64,000 nt of DNA, taken from contig BROI01000024.1 in assembly GCA_027923505.1 (NCBI GenBank), positions 1 through 64,000 on the forward strand. The letters run 5' to 3'. The translations under genes and the position numbers were made by a program. The notes beneath the pieces are model-generated. The model made no database searches, was not told the DNA's origin, and saw only the letters and a list, made by a program, of their open reading frames with translations. Source of the DNA: Mayamaea pseudoterrestris (taxonomy: Eukaryota). Positions 43,756 to 54,739 of this stretch are shown here, piece after piece. Numbering within the stretch: the first letter of the stretch is position 1; each line of letters begins with the position of its first letter.

Positions 43756-44946
43756 CTATTGGTAGACATCCCTGTCCGTCGGACCTGGGACATTGCGCTT
43801 GGGGCCAGGCATGACGTTCCCTTCTACATCAAACTCGGCGTCAATGCCCCATTGCGACATTTCCGCTGGTAGCAGGGTCCGATCACGCACGGCTCGAATA
43901 AACTCTGGCGCTGCTGGCGAACCCATGACGGCTTTGCCGACGACAACACCATCATAGCCCACGGCCAAATGCCGCTTCATCTGATCCACCGTTTCTATGC
44001 CTCCGCCAGCCAAACATACGATCGGGCCGCCACTACCAGGAAAGAGGCCTGCTAGCTGAATTGCCTGCTTCGGATGCAGCTCCTGTCGGATTCTATCATA
44101 ATTATTGACGAGTATCGTCGGCGCTAGTATCGCAATGGCTTGCTCGACCTCAGCCTTGGTATGGCACTCGACAATGGTTTCCAAACCAATAATCGTGGCA
44201 AGATTCAGAAAGTTCTCCAGCGCAGGTCCTAAAACAGACGACATGAGCACAATTCCATCAGCCCCAGCCTCCTTGGCGAGTCCCAGTTGTATTTCGTCCA
44301 CGACAATGTCCTTCATCACGACAGCTGCCGTGTTTGATATCTTTCGGACAGCCTTGACTGCAGATTTCAGTTCGCTCATGTCCCCTCCGTAGCTCGTGTA
44401 GTCTGTATTCACAAATACGGCATCGGCTCCCAAGCGCACCATGGCTTCAGCCACCATGCCAGCGTCGTCAAAGCTGCAAAACACACCAGGAGACGACAAG
44501 CTTTTGCGTTTGATATCGACGATAAATGACGGACGTCGCATTCCCAAGTCAACCATTCCAATGTCTTCTAATTGCTGTGTTCGTTTCTGTTCCTCTGGTG
44601 TTGGTTCCTTGTAGTTTGGATGTGATGGATTCTTGGTCTTGTCGTCAAACACTCGTCGAATGGCACTTGCGACGCGCATGGGCGAAACAGTCTCTTGTGC
44701 GTATCCCATTGCCATTCGAACGGGATCCGTCGTACTGGAGTGCTGCTGCTTGACTTGCTTCATTTCGTATTCCTTGCGATGGACAGCCGCGTAAATGTCG
44801 TGTTGCTGGCTGTTATAGTTGTTCGCATTGCTGGATGAGTAGAGGCGCGTCGAACGTGATGGCATTCCACGAGAAGGACATTGTAAAGCTCGCGACTGCT
44901 GCTGAAGCAGTAGAAGTATACATACTATGATAGTAATTGAATTCAT
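43756..44946 (-). CDS. Indole-3-glycerol-phosphate synthase-like TIM-barrel protein, divergent, with signal peptide
   Basis: IVDIKRKS, VMKDIVVDEIQL..AKEAGADGIVL, LETIVECHT, GYDGVVVGKAVM align with TrpC motifs; start could also be 44982. Confidence 0.8.
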   Translation of the reverse strand: MNSITIIVCILLLLQQQSRALQCPSRGMPSRSTRLYSSSNANNYNSQQHDIYAAVHRKEYEMKQVKQQHSSTTDPVRMAMGYAQETVSPMRVASAIRRVFDDKTKNPSHPNYKEPTPEEQKRTQQLEDIGMVDLGMRRPSFIVDIKRKSLSSPGVFCSFDDAGMVAEAMVRLGADAVFVNTDYTSYGGDMSELKSAVKAVRKISNTAAVVMKDIVVDEIQLGLAKEAGADGIVLMSSVLGPALENFLNLATIIGLETIVECHTKAEVEQAIAILAPTILVNNYDRIRQELHPKQAIQLAGLFPGSGGPIVCLAGGGIETVDQMKRHLAVGYDGVVVGKAVMGSPAAPEFIRAVRDRTLLPAEMSQWGIDAEFDVEGNVMPGPKRNVPGPTDRDVYQ

Positions 44947-45196
44947 TTGGCAATAGCTCACAGATCCCATTGATGATTTCATGGTGGCATGGTGGGATGT
45001 CGAATTGTTCCTTCAAAAATGAACGGCCGCGCGCAGTCAAAATCTTTCCGGCGTCGCAAAGGTACTACTTTAACCTCTCCAGCTAGCGATAGATTTGGTC
45101 CGACTATGCTAAAAATTTTCCATTCCATATTCAATAGCAATGTCAATTGGCTCATATAAGGTTTGTAAAGCTCGATAAAGTCAGGCAAGAGCCGAT

Positions 45197-46891
45197 CTAT
45201 TCGTCACCTAGAGGACTGAAACTTTCGCATTTCGTCGCGAATCCTTCGCAAAAATTGCCCGCCAACTTGCCCATCTCCATCAATAAGCTAGCCAAGTCAT
45301 CTTCAACAATCATTCGAGCGTATAATGTTGCAATAGTTTTAGCAAAACACTTGAAAGCAGGCTTGGAAGCCATTGTGGCTAAATTGCCGCCGTCCGATGC
45401 CATCAGATAAGCACAGACAACATTATAGTATGCATCCGGTCGCTCGGACTTTTTGAGACTGCCAAGCCATTCACTTAAATTTCTCATATTGTCGCCATCC
45501 TGTACCTGACAAGCGCATTTGAACTCGTACCAGTTGCTCGACAAATTGTATCGCATCTTGTCAGCGTATTCAACCACATCATCGTCGTCCTCATGTCCCT
45601 TCATAAACATTTTACTTTTCGAAAAGGAGCCTGTATAGACCTTGTCATTAGAGGTACACGACTGCAGCTTGGTTGGTGTCAACCAACGCAGCAGAACGGC
45701 AAAGGCAAACGCCATGACGACATTCACCGGGATGTCACGCTCCATCAGGTCCAGCACCGTTGGCGAGAGTCGAATTCCTCCCTTGGCAGCTCCATTTTGT
45801 GTAACGAAAAAGCTGGAGAGTCCAAAATGTGGATGCAAAAGTCGTGTGCGCCAGTTTGTATAGACGGCTTGACAATCAGATGATTCAATCGACAAGGATG
45901 CAACCGCTGCCGGCAAAATTTGACTGCTAAAGAGTGAATCCAAGTATTTGACTAGCAGTTGCGGCTCGGAATCTTGCGCCGACAAGCAAGTTGTCATGGT
46001 TTGCTTCAAAAGAGCCAGCAAGTGAGCGATCGCCGTGTGCGTTCCATTGGCGACGCGAAGCTTCAAACTAATATCCGCGCGCAATTGATGTGCCTGCGTT
46101 CGCACCACTACACCAAGATGCTTCATGTCAAGAAATTGCAACGGCAAGTCATTACTTTCATCCAAAATAACAAGTGCCTTGTCGGGAATGGGTTCGGCGC
46201 GTGGCACCTTTTCTCCATTCGGTCCTAATCGGTGCGAGGTGATGCGATCAACCATGGTGTTGTGAAAGACAATTCGTCTTTGCAAAAAGTCAACCATTGT
46301 AGGATCCAGTTGATTGGCAAGAGACATCATGTGCTTGAGAAGCAAGCTGCCATTCTCCGGTATATTGTCCGTGTTGATGACGGAGATTCGTTGCTTTGGT
46401 GTTTTAGGTTCTTGCAGTTGTTTAGCGAGCAACAATGTTCGGACCATTTGCAAGAGTTCAAACAAGTCCTTCATCACTTGTGTCTGCGCCGATGCTAATC
46501 CCGCTTCCGTAACACCAACGCCAATCATACTGATTGACGTTACGTTTGGTAAAGCTGCATAGAATGCTTCCTTGCAGCTTGGCGTGCCAAAGGAAAAGGC
46601 AGCTGCGCAAGCATACTCATCGGTACGAACTTCTCCCGATTCGAGCACTGTATCAACCGGATACTTTCCTCCAGAGCCGCCATTTTCACGCATGTAACTG
46701 ATGAAACTAGTTCCCCGCGTTTGAATCAAAGCGACGGGTCCAAATTCTACAAAGGCAGGAACAAGGACGGATCGAAGGAATCGACCGGTTCCAAGACAGA
46801 GACACTCGGTGCTGGCGAGCGCATTTGGAGTAGAAATCCAGCAGTTTTGCATGTTAGAAGAAGCATCTATCGAATCTATTGTCTTCGTCAT
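45197..46891 (-). CDS. Mannitol dehydrogenase family oxidoreductase (UxaB/UxuB-like)
   Basis: LGTGRFLRS, GVGVTEAG, INTDN, NTMVDRIT, AEP, KLRVANGTHT. Confidence 0.82.
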   Translation of the reverse strand: MTKTIDSIDASSNMQNCWISTPNALASTECLCLGTGRFLRSVLVPAFVEFGPVALIQTRGTSFISYMRENGGSGGKYPVDTVLESGEVRTDEYACAAAFSFGTPSCKEAFYAALPNVTSISMIGVGVTEAGLASAQTQVMKDLFELLQMVRTLLLAKQLQEPKTPKQRISVINTDNIPENGSLLLKHMMSLANQLDPTMVDFLQRRIVFHNTMVDRITSHRLGPNGEKVPRAEPIPDKALVILDESNDLPLQFLDMKHLGVVVRTQAHQLRADISLKLRVANGTHTAIAHLLALLKQTMTTCLSAQDSEPQLLVKYLDSLFSSQILPAAVASLSIESSDCQAVYTNWRTRLLHPHFGLSSFFVTQNGAAKGGIRLSPTVLDLMERDIPVNVVMAFAFAVLLRWLTPTKLQSCTSNDKVYTGSFSKSKMFMKGHEDDDDVVEYADKMRYNLSSNWYEFKCACQVQDGDNMRNLSEWLGSLKKSERPDAYYNVVCAYLMASDGGNLATMASKPAFKCFAKTIATLYARMIVEDDLASLLMEMGKLAGNFCEGFATKCESFSPLGDE

Positions 46892-47082
46892 GCTAATATT
46901 GTTCAAGTGGTGGTGAGGCGCGCAGAAATGAACAATGGCTAATGGTAAAATGGAAAAGTCGTCGCATCCCCCAATTTTGATGTTGTCGCACCGCGATCCG
47001 CTAGTCTGTCGCGCATTTTGCAGGCGCCGTTTTTTCTTCGCTCCTTCACTTTCCTCCTCCATCTCTGTGCAGCCAAAACACC

Positions 47083-48042
47083 ATGAGCGACCTACCTCAC
47101 GAGCCTGATGAAACGCTGCTAGAATCATTTCGCTACATTAACTCTGTTCCCGGCAAGGATGTTCGCGGAAAACTCATTGACTGCTTCCAGTTGTGGTTCC
47201 AGGTTGAATCCGATGCGAAACTTACCACAATCAAGGAAATTGTAGGCTCGCTGCACAATGCATCGCTCATGATTGACGACATTGAAGACAATAGCAAGCT
47301 ACGAAGAGGAATTCCAGTCGCTCACAAGATATTTGGAGTTCCGACAGTGATTAATACAGCCAATTACGTTTGCTACCTTGCCATGGAGCAGTGTGTTCGA
47401 CTCGAAAGTCCAGTTGCCACTCAAGTCTTTTTGAGCGAAATTTTGAACTTGCATCGGGGTCAAGGTCAAGATATTGCTTGGAGAGAAGCTTGCAAGTGTC
47501 CGACGGAGGAAGAATACCTCAAAATGGTGCAGGACAAGACGGGAGGCCTCTTTCGACTGGCGGTCGGCTTGCTGCAAACCTTTGCCTCGCAACACGTTCA
47601 AACAAACTTTACGCCACTCGTCAACTATTTGGCCGAGTACTTCCAAATCAGAGATGATTTTATCAATCTTGCGGATGAAGAGTATATGAAGTCAAAAAGC
47701 TTTTGCGAAGACTTGACGGAAGGCAAGTTTAGCTTTCCCATGATTCATTGCATTCGTCAGGATTTATCCGATACCCGACTTGTTTCCATTCTCAAGCAGC
47801 ATACCGAGGATGTAGATATTAAGCGTTACGCACAAAAGCTAATGAAGGATGCTGGGAGCTTGGACTATACGCGAGCAAAGTGTACGCAGCTCAAGGAGCA
47901 GATTGAAAAAGAGATTGCAAAGTTTGGTGGAAATCCTTCGCTCTCCAAGGTACTAGACTTGCTGCATGTTCAGTTGGAGGCAATGAACATGCCGAACTCG
48001 GACGCACATAACAAGTCAGACTTTTGCATCGACGACTTATAA
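47083..48042 (+). CDS. GGPPS: Geranylgeranyl diphosphate synthase (type III-like)
   Basis: PGKDVR, LHNASLMIDDIEDNSKLRRG, LHRGQG, KTGGLF, FQIRDD, EDLTEGKFSFP. Confidence 0.93.
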   Translation: MSDLPHEPDETLLESFRYINSVPGKDVRGKLIDCFQLWFQVESDAKLTTIKEIVGSLHNASLMIDDIEDNSKLRRGIPVAHKIFGVPTVINTANYVCYLAMEQCVRLESPVATQVFLSEILNLHRGQGQDIAWREACKCPTEEEYLKMVQDKTGGLFRLAVGLLQTFASQHVQTNFTPLVNYLAEYFQIRDDFINLADEEYMKSKSFCEDLTEGKFSFPMIHCIRQDLSDTRLVSILKQHTEDVDIKRYAQKLMKDAGSLDYTRAKCTQLKEQIEKEIAKFGGNPSLSKVLDLLHVQLEAMNMPNSDAHNKSDFCIDDL

Positions 48043-48068
48043 GATTACAGTATCATGTTAACATTTTG

Positions 48069-49619
48069 CTATACCGTCAGGTCGATGCCTGCCGCGGCGA
48101 GCGCCTCCATTACCCACTTGGGTATGTCTAAGCCACCATTAGCGAGTCCTGGGTATTGGTCGTTTACAAACTCCTTTGCAAAATCTGCAAATTTGTTTTC
48201 TAGAATAGATTTTCGCATCGATCGTACGAAAGACATCATGTAAGCGATATTGTGCTGCGTAATGAGCTCGACGGCAACTGGATTCCGTGTCTTGAACAAG
48301 GCGTGCAACCGAGCACGACTGACTCCTAGTCGACAAGCCTGACATTGACAACCTTCCTGGATCACTCGTGCGTCTGCAGCGCATTCATGTGCTTTGACCT
48401 TGAGCGTCCCGGGTGAACGCCCAGGTACGAGGCAAACGCCAAAGCGTGCGGTCCGAGTCGGATACACACAGTCATACATGTCGACACCCAGCGCCGTGCA
48501 CACGACCAAGTCGAGGGGATAGCCGACGCCCATGAGATACCGTGGCTTGTCATCCGGCAAAGCCCGGCAGGCTTGATCGACGACCCTCCAAAACAAATCC
48601 TTTTCTTCGCCTCCAGCAAGGCCTCCCACCGCATAGCCTGGCGCAATCATTTTGCGAGTCTCTTCCCGATGACGAAAGCCCGCCAAGCATTGCTCTCTCA
48701 ATCCACCAAGATCCGTATCCAATGCACCCTGCAGAATGGGAAACAAGTTTTGCGTGTTTCGCTTCTCGTGCGCCTCGTAGCAACGATCGTACCACCTTAA
48801 AGTGCGATGTGTTGCCTCGACAAACCGGGAGCGATCGACGGCAACGCTAGACACTACGTCATCGAGAGCCATGATAATGTTGGCGCCAATGTTGTTTTGG
48901 TGGCGAATCGAGTCTTCCGGGCGGAGCAGCAACCGTTCCGACTCTGCCTTGTCGGCTTTATTGTCACCGTCATTTGCTTCTTGCTGCTGCTGAAAGGGGT
49001 TCTCAAAGCAAACTCCTTCCTCCGTGACTTCCGATAGCTTGACCAGTGACACCATTTGAAAACCTCCAGAGTCAGTGAGTAGATTGTATGGATATTTGCA
49101 ACCCTCCAAGCGATTTAAACCCTGAAATGCATGTAGCCCATTCATCTCCTTGACAAGCTCGGTTCCTGGCTGAATCGCAAGATGATACGTATTGGCCAGT
49201 ATAATAGGACACGCCAATGCTGGATCATTCGTGAGCTCGTCCATTGTAACTCCCTTTAAACATCCCTTGGTGCCAACCGGCATGAAGATTGGTGTAGGAA
49301 TGGGTCGCGCCGTTGGTTGTCCTGGTTGTGCTTTCGTATGAATACTGCAGGCTCTGGCGCGCAACGACATGGCATTGACATGGTGACAAAGTGCGGGAGA
49401 GTCTTTAGTAAAGACTGGCTCCTCATTCTCGGGCACCAATGTCATGGGAGTTTCAGAATAGGGATGAAACTTGCGCCACGAAACGCGCTGCGAAAAGTCA
49501 ACGTTTCGAATGTCTTCTGGTAGCTCGACGGCACATATTGTCGCGTTTGCATCAGTCTCACCGTCTGAACGACCTCTTTTTCTATCAGAAGCATCGTTGA
49601 CTTTAGCAAGAGCGCTCAT
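48069..49619 (-). CDS. QTRT1: Queuine tRNA-ribosyltransferase catalytic subunit
   Basis: TPIFMPVGT, ILANTYHL, LTDSGGFQMVSL, PRYLMGVGY, DMYDCVYPTRTARFG, Zn site CQCQAC...HN. Confidence 0.94.
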   Translation of the reverse strand: MSALAKVNDASDRKRGRSDGETDANATICAVELPEDIRNVDFSQRVSWRKFHPYSETPMTLVPENEEPVFTKDSPALCHHVNAMSLRARACSIHTKAQPGQPTARPIPTPIFMPVGTKGCLKGVTMDELTNDPALACPIILANTYHLAIQPGTELVKEMNGLHAFQGLNRLEGCKYPYNLLTDSGGFQMVSLVKLSEVTEEGVCFENPFQQQQEANDGDNKADKAESERLLLRPEDSIRHQNNIGANIIMALDDVVSSVAVDRSRFVEATHRTLRWYDRCYEAHEKRNTQNLFPILQGALDTDLGGLREQCLAGFRHREETRKMIAPGYAVGGLAGGEEKDLFWRVVDQACRALPDDKPRYLMGVGYPLDLVVCTALGVDMYDCVYPTRTARFGVCLVPGRSPGTLKVKAHECAADARVIQEGCQCQACRLGVSRARLHALFKTRNPVAVELITQHNIAYMMSFVRSMRKSILENKFADFAKEFVNDQYPGLANGGLDIPKWVMEALAAAGIDLTV

Positions 49620-49830
49620 TGTATCATGGCTTTGAAGGTGATGAAGTGATGGTGCCGATGATCCGACGATGGAATGATCGCGTGACAAAACCGCTGCGAC
49701 ATGCAGAATCAACCGCGCCGTCGCGCCAAACGCGAGGAACAAGTCGCAGACGATAGCCGCCACAAAAGAATCAGAACGCGACACTTTCCTTGTGTATGAC
49801 CATTTTCTTCACAATCCAGACGCAATAAGC

Positions 49831-51529
49831 ATGGTTTACAGTATCGAAGATCAAGCAGGAGATGAGACTTTGAACGTTCCTCTTGTTGAGTCATTGACAG
49901 TGATGGAATCGCAGAACCAAGAGGACGACTCGACGTCTCGCATCGGAACAACGGCTAGCGCTCGATTCAACGTTCTTTCAACGGTATGTTTACTACACTC
50001 TTCGAATGTTTCGTCTTGCATACTGTCGGGATTGATTGAGAAAGATAGGAAGGAAGACCTCTATGCATTTCCCTCATTCCACCATGTAGCTACTCTCATC
50101 ATCTCTCATTCAACGCCTTTTTTCGCAGATGGTCGGCGGAGGGTCACTCTCGCTTCCAATGGCGTTTCAAAAGTCTGGGAACATTCTTCTGGGGCCCTTG
50201 ATTATGATTTTAACGGCCGTGATGACCGAGTTTTGCTTTCGCATTCATGTTCATTCGGCTCGCATCTTGGCTCCAGTGTCTGATAACGAAACGAAAAAGG
50301 GAAATGACTCGTATGAATCAATTGCAGCAGCTGCCTTTGGCAAGAACATGTACGTCTTTGGAGCCTTTTTGGTCACGTCCATGTGTTTCTTTGGAACGGT
50401 GGGCTATGCTGTCTTGCTGCGTGACATGCTGCAGCCAGTGACAAACGCAATATGGAAGACGACGCACGACGAGAAAGAATCAACGTCTGGACCGACGCTT
50501 CACAACAACCTGACCATGTTGGCGGTTGTCTTGCTGGTGACTCCAATGTGTACGTTGCGAAACTTGACCGCATTGGAGCGTTTCGGAGCGTTCAGCATGC
50601 TTTCCGTGCTAATTCTTGGGTCCTGCATAGTCTTTCGCTCCGTCGAGTGCAACTTTGGGTATTTGGATTTTATCCCGGACGACAATCATGACGCAAACGC
50701 CTTTTTACTTTGGCCAGCTACATGGAAGGACTTACTTGACGCCTTTCCGCTCTATGTTTCCTGCTTTGTTTGCCACTACAATCTATTGCCCGTCCATAAT
50801 GAACTCCAACGGCCCAGCACGCAACGAGTCCACTGGTGGCTCCGATCGACAACATGGACGGCTGCCATCTTTTACTTGATTATTGGATTTGCGGGATCGG
50901 CATATGGAAAGTGCACTCCCACTGGCAGAGTGCAGGGCAATGTGCTGCTTGACTTTGCCGAGGACGATCCCCTCTTGATGGTTGGACGCATGTGTCTAGC
51001 ATTCACTCTTACCATGGCATTGCCCATGTTGACAATTCCTGGCCGAGATATTCTCCTGCGGTCGTTCTCGGAGTGTTGGACAAAGCGACGTCAAGTGCGC
51101 GATGCATCTGCCGAAATGATTGCAACAAGCGACTCGAATGACTTACAGGAACCGCTGCTCGAGAATGATCACCAAGAAGGCGTCGACGAAGAACTGCCTG
51201 CTGGAAATGGCCAGGCATGTTCCGACGAGGCGACACAAAGCGATCCTTCTGTTTGCGCTCGACTTGTCGCTGCCATTCTCGTCTTGTGGTCAGCCGCCGC
51301 TGTGGCCAGTCTTTGCAAAAGCATTGACATTGTTTGGGCGCTGCTTGGTAGCAGTCTTTCTTGCATCTTGTCGTTTTTGATTCCCTGCGGATCGTACTTG
51401 GTAATTGCAAGCAAACATGGCCAAGTCAATCTTCTGTCCAAGGTTGTAGCTGGCGTTCTGCTTGCTATATTTGCGCCGTTGATGGTAATTTCCACCATTA
51501 ACGCCGTGATGAACACGTTCTTCAAGTAG
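49831..51529 (+). CDS. Amino-acid transporter (SLC38/Aa_trans family), intron 49984-50128
   Basis: FNVLST|MVGGGSLSLPMAF; multiple hydrophobic TM segments; FVCHYNLLP. Confidence 0.88.
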
Positions 51530-51676
51530 ATGCACCGAACGATTAGGCCAGTCTAGTCTATACAAATTTATTATAATAGAGACGAAAACGATTATATGTT
51601 ACAAATAACTGTTTAATAGATTTGCGCTTTCGCGTCAACAACATTTGCAACCGCAACTTCGAGTTCGCGCGAGCAG

Positions 51677-52652
51677 CTAAAACTTTTCTTCCTCTTCTGA
51701 TTCGTCGACATTCTCCGCTTGACTCGAGCGCATTTGCGTCTCTCGCTCCTCCTGCTTTTTAAATCGTCGGACCTGCAGTAAAATGGTCGAGTCATCCTCC
51801 AGCTGGTTCATGTTTACATTTTGGTTGAAGCAACCAGGGACGGGGCAGCCAACCTTGTAGTTGGGTCCACGATTTTTGCGCTTGGTCGAAATGTAATTCG
51901 CAATGGCAGCTTTCGAGTAGTGGTGCTTGCACATTTTGTTAATGACAGGATCATCCATGAGCTGCATGGTAATGGGGCATCTGAGTTGGAAAACATAGAA
52001 GCCGTGAGCATTCAAAATTTTTAGTGATTGCAAATGATCGTTGTCGCCATGCATGATATACTTACTTAAGAGTAAACGCCTGGCCCTGTCCATTATTGAC
52101 AACCATAATATCATCATCCTCCTCATTATTGTTACCCTTCTTTTTCTTGCCCTTTGCATTAACCGTCGGCTCTCCAAGTCGCTCGGCAATGTCGCGATAA
52201 TACTTTTCCTGCTCGAGCGGCAACTGACTCGACGCCCTGTCTGCTTCATGTTTCTCCATGGCGCCACGAAAAACCACGTCGTAATTGACAAATTCTTCGT
52301 CTCCTTCCGGCTGCACTTGCGTGTTACTCAGCTCTTGCTCTCGAATCGTCTTGGCTGCTGCCACAAAGCGTTGCACGGTTTGTGAGTTTTCAACGTTGCG
52401 ACCCGCCATGTTCAAGAGTCGGGCCCGTTGCTCCGTCAAGAATGTTTGAACATCATCCTCACTGACGATTGGCTTATCCTCTCGTGCAAGCTTCAAGAGA
52501 ACTTGCTCCAAAACTCCATGACGAGCTAGACGGTCGGCCGCCATGGTGCTTCGCTGGTGGTTCTCCTTAATGGCGGAATAGTAGTCGCCTTCCTTGTTTA
52601 TGATACTCTCCATCATGGCGGCGACGGCGCGCGAACCATTTTGCTGAGTCAT
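51677..52652 (-). CDS. NSE2: NSE2/MMS21-like SUMO E3 ligase (SP-RING), intron 52065-51981
   Basis: Helical N-part then LK|CPITMQLMDDPV...CKHHYSK.AI...CPVPGC. Confidence 0.85.
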
Positions 52653-53018
52653 GTTTTATTTTACTGTAATAGTTGGAGGCAAGTTGTTTACGTAGTCAGA
52701 CAGCAACGCAGCAAAGCGGTTGAGCGATCAGCAGTTTCGTCGAGCATTGGATGAGGTGCCATGGTGGAAACGGACGAGCGCGCGAACGCAACGCGTGCCA
52801 ACGGATGGTGGTGCGACATTAGTGTGACGACGCGAGGGCGCGGCGGAGGAAGTAACCACCATGACGCATGCTGTCTCCCTTTCCTCCGTCTCTTTCAAGC
52901 GACTTGACTACTCCGGCACTATATTATCGATCACTTTACGTATCGCTTCCTTTTTTCTTGAGGATCCTCTTTCTTGCTATATATAATCTGCAACATCGCA
53001 GCGTCGTCATTTGTAAGA

Positions 53019-54307
53019 ATGAGCGGCCTCCATCTTTCCGGACATTCGCTCAAGTTCAAGAATTTACTCGTGGTAATCAAGCAGACAGCCTTCGAAGAAT
53101 ATTCGCAGGTACGAGCGAAAAAATTGAAGATTCAATGAACAATGATTTATGTATCCGTCGACAGAGAGTCTAGGGGGATCAAAGCATCTGGTCCTGTCGC
53201 AAGTGCAAGTATACAACGGCGCTGGTTGGATTGCCTTTTCTCATTCGCGTTACTCCATTTCTTCATGCATCACAGCTAAAACTCCGCGGCCAAGCACCAA
53301 AAGCGTTACGATGGAAACGTCTCGAGCAACGCTACAAGGCCCACAAGCAGTGTGTCACTGACTTGCTGGCCATTTTCCGCAAGCACAATGTTCAATTTAG
53401 CTGCGTCAATCGCGTGGAACTGGATCGCCAGCACTTGGCCGATGTTGACTTACTAGTAGCAGTTGGAGGAGATGGAACAGTACTATCGGCGGCTCACTTT
53501 ATTGATCATGGAACCATTCCAATGCTAGGAGTCAATAGCGATCCAAATACGCAAAAGGATCAATTGCAGGTCAAAACCAAGGGCGACGAGCGACGGTCAC
53601 ATGGCGCACTATGCATGTGCACGGCCATTGACATGGAGGAGCAACTGCAGACGGTACTATATGGAGGCGGCCACTTGGCGAGTCGAACACGAATTCGATG
53701 CAAGGTCAAGGGAACCTTTAGCGAAACGCGACTAGTGCCGGCGCTGAATGATTTGCTAGTGGCAAACCCATCGCCTGCGGCGGTGAGTCGGTTTCGCATG
53801 GGATGGCTTCAAGAAATTCCCAATGGCAGTCGGGCGGATCCAATGCAAAATAACTACGGAACCATTACTCGCTTTGGCGGCAAAACATTCAATGTAGTCG
53901 ACTCTTTGAATGTGTGGAGCTCGGGGATGTGGATTTGCACAGCGACCGGATCAACAGCTGCCATGGCAGCAGCAGGCGGCAAGCCCATGGACTTGGAGAG
54001 TGACGATTTGCAATATTTGATTCGCGAACACATGATTGAGCGGGCTGTCATGGATCATTATGCGTTTGATGTGAATAACGCCATGATTTCGTCGGGTGAA
54101 AAGCTGCATATTCGATGGAACTCGCAAAAGGGACGCATCTTTATTGATGGATCGCACTTGACGCAAAATCTGGAACTGGGCGATGAAATATATATTGATA
54201 ATCAAGGGCCAAAGCTTCAAATATTTACAGCGGATCACCACTTGAACGGTGGAGGAAAGGTTATAGCGCCGGAGCAAGCTCAAGCAATGGCACCAATAAT
54301 AGCATGA
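53019..54307 (+). CDS. NAD(H) kinase, intron 53109-53275
   Basis: VGGDGT, GVNSDP, ALND, SSGMWICTATGSTA; exon 1 MSGLH...KQTAFEEYSQ splices in frame. Confidence 0.9.
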
Positions 54308-54739
54308 GTGAAGCGGCTCAAGTTCGAGGCAAATGTCTTTGTACATGCTTGAAAGGATATTGCTCAGCAAACAAAGCTTTTGAAATTTTTGGATGAATGC
54401 CCTCGAGAGCGCGTATGGCGAACAATGCGCGATGGCTTGTTTCAGTCATTAAAGACGATAAATACTGAACATAAATAAAGAACGTTTTAAGCACAATATT
54501 TGGAGGCGAGATGATACGAGGATTATGCTCGACCTAGTGTCGAAATGAATTACCCGTGTGTCCATGTTACGCCAAGCTGCCCGACATAGCAAGGTCAATA
54601 TTGCCACTTGAACGGCAGGGATGTCGCCAATCGCTTTGGCGTCCGTAACATTGTCATGCACCTGATGAATTCGCCGAACAGTGCCTTTGTGTGATTAAAA
54701 TACCCATTCACAAAACAAATATATACCATGGTAGTTTAG

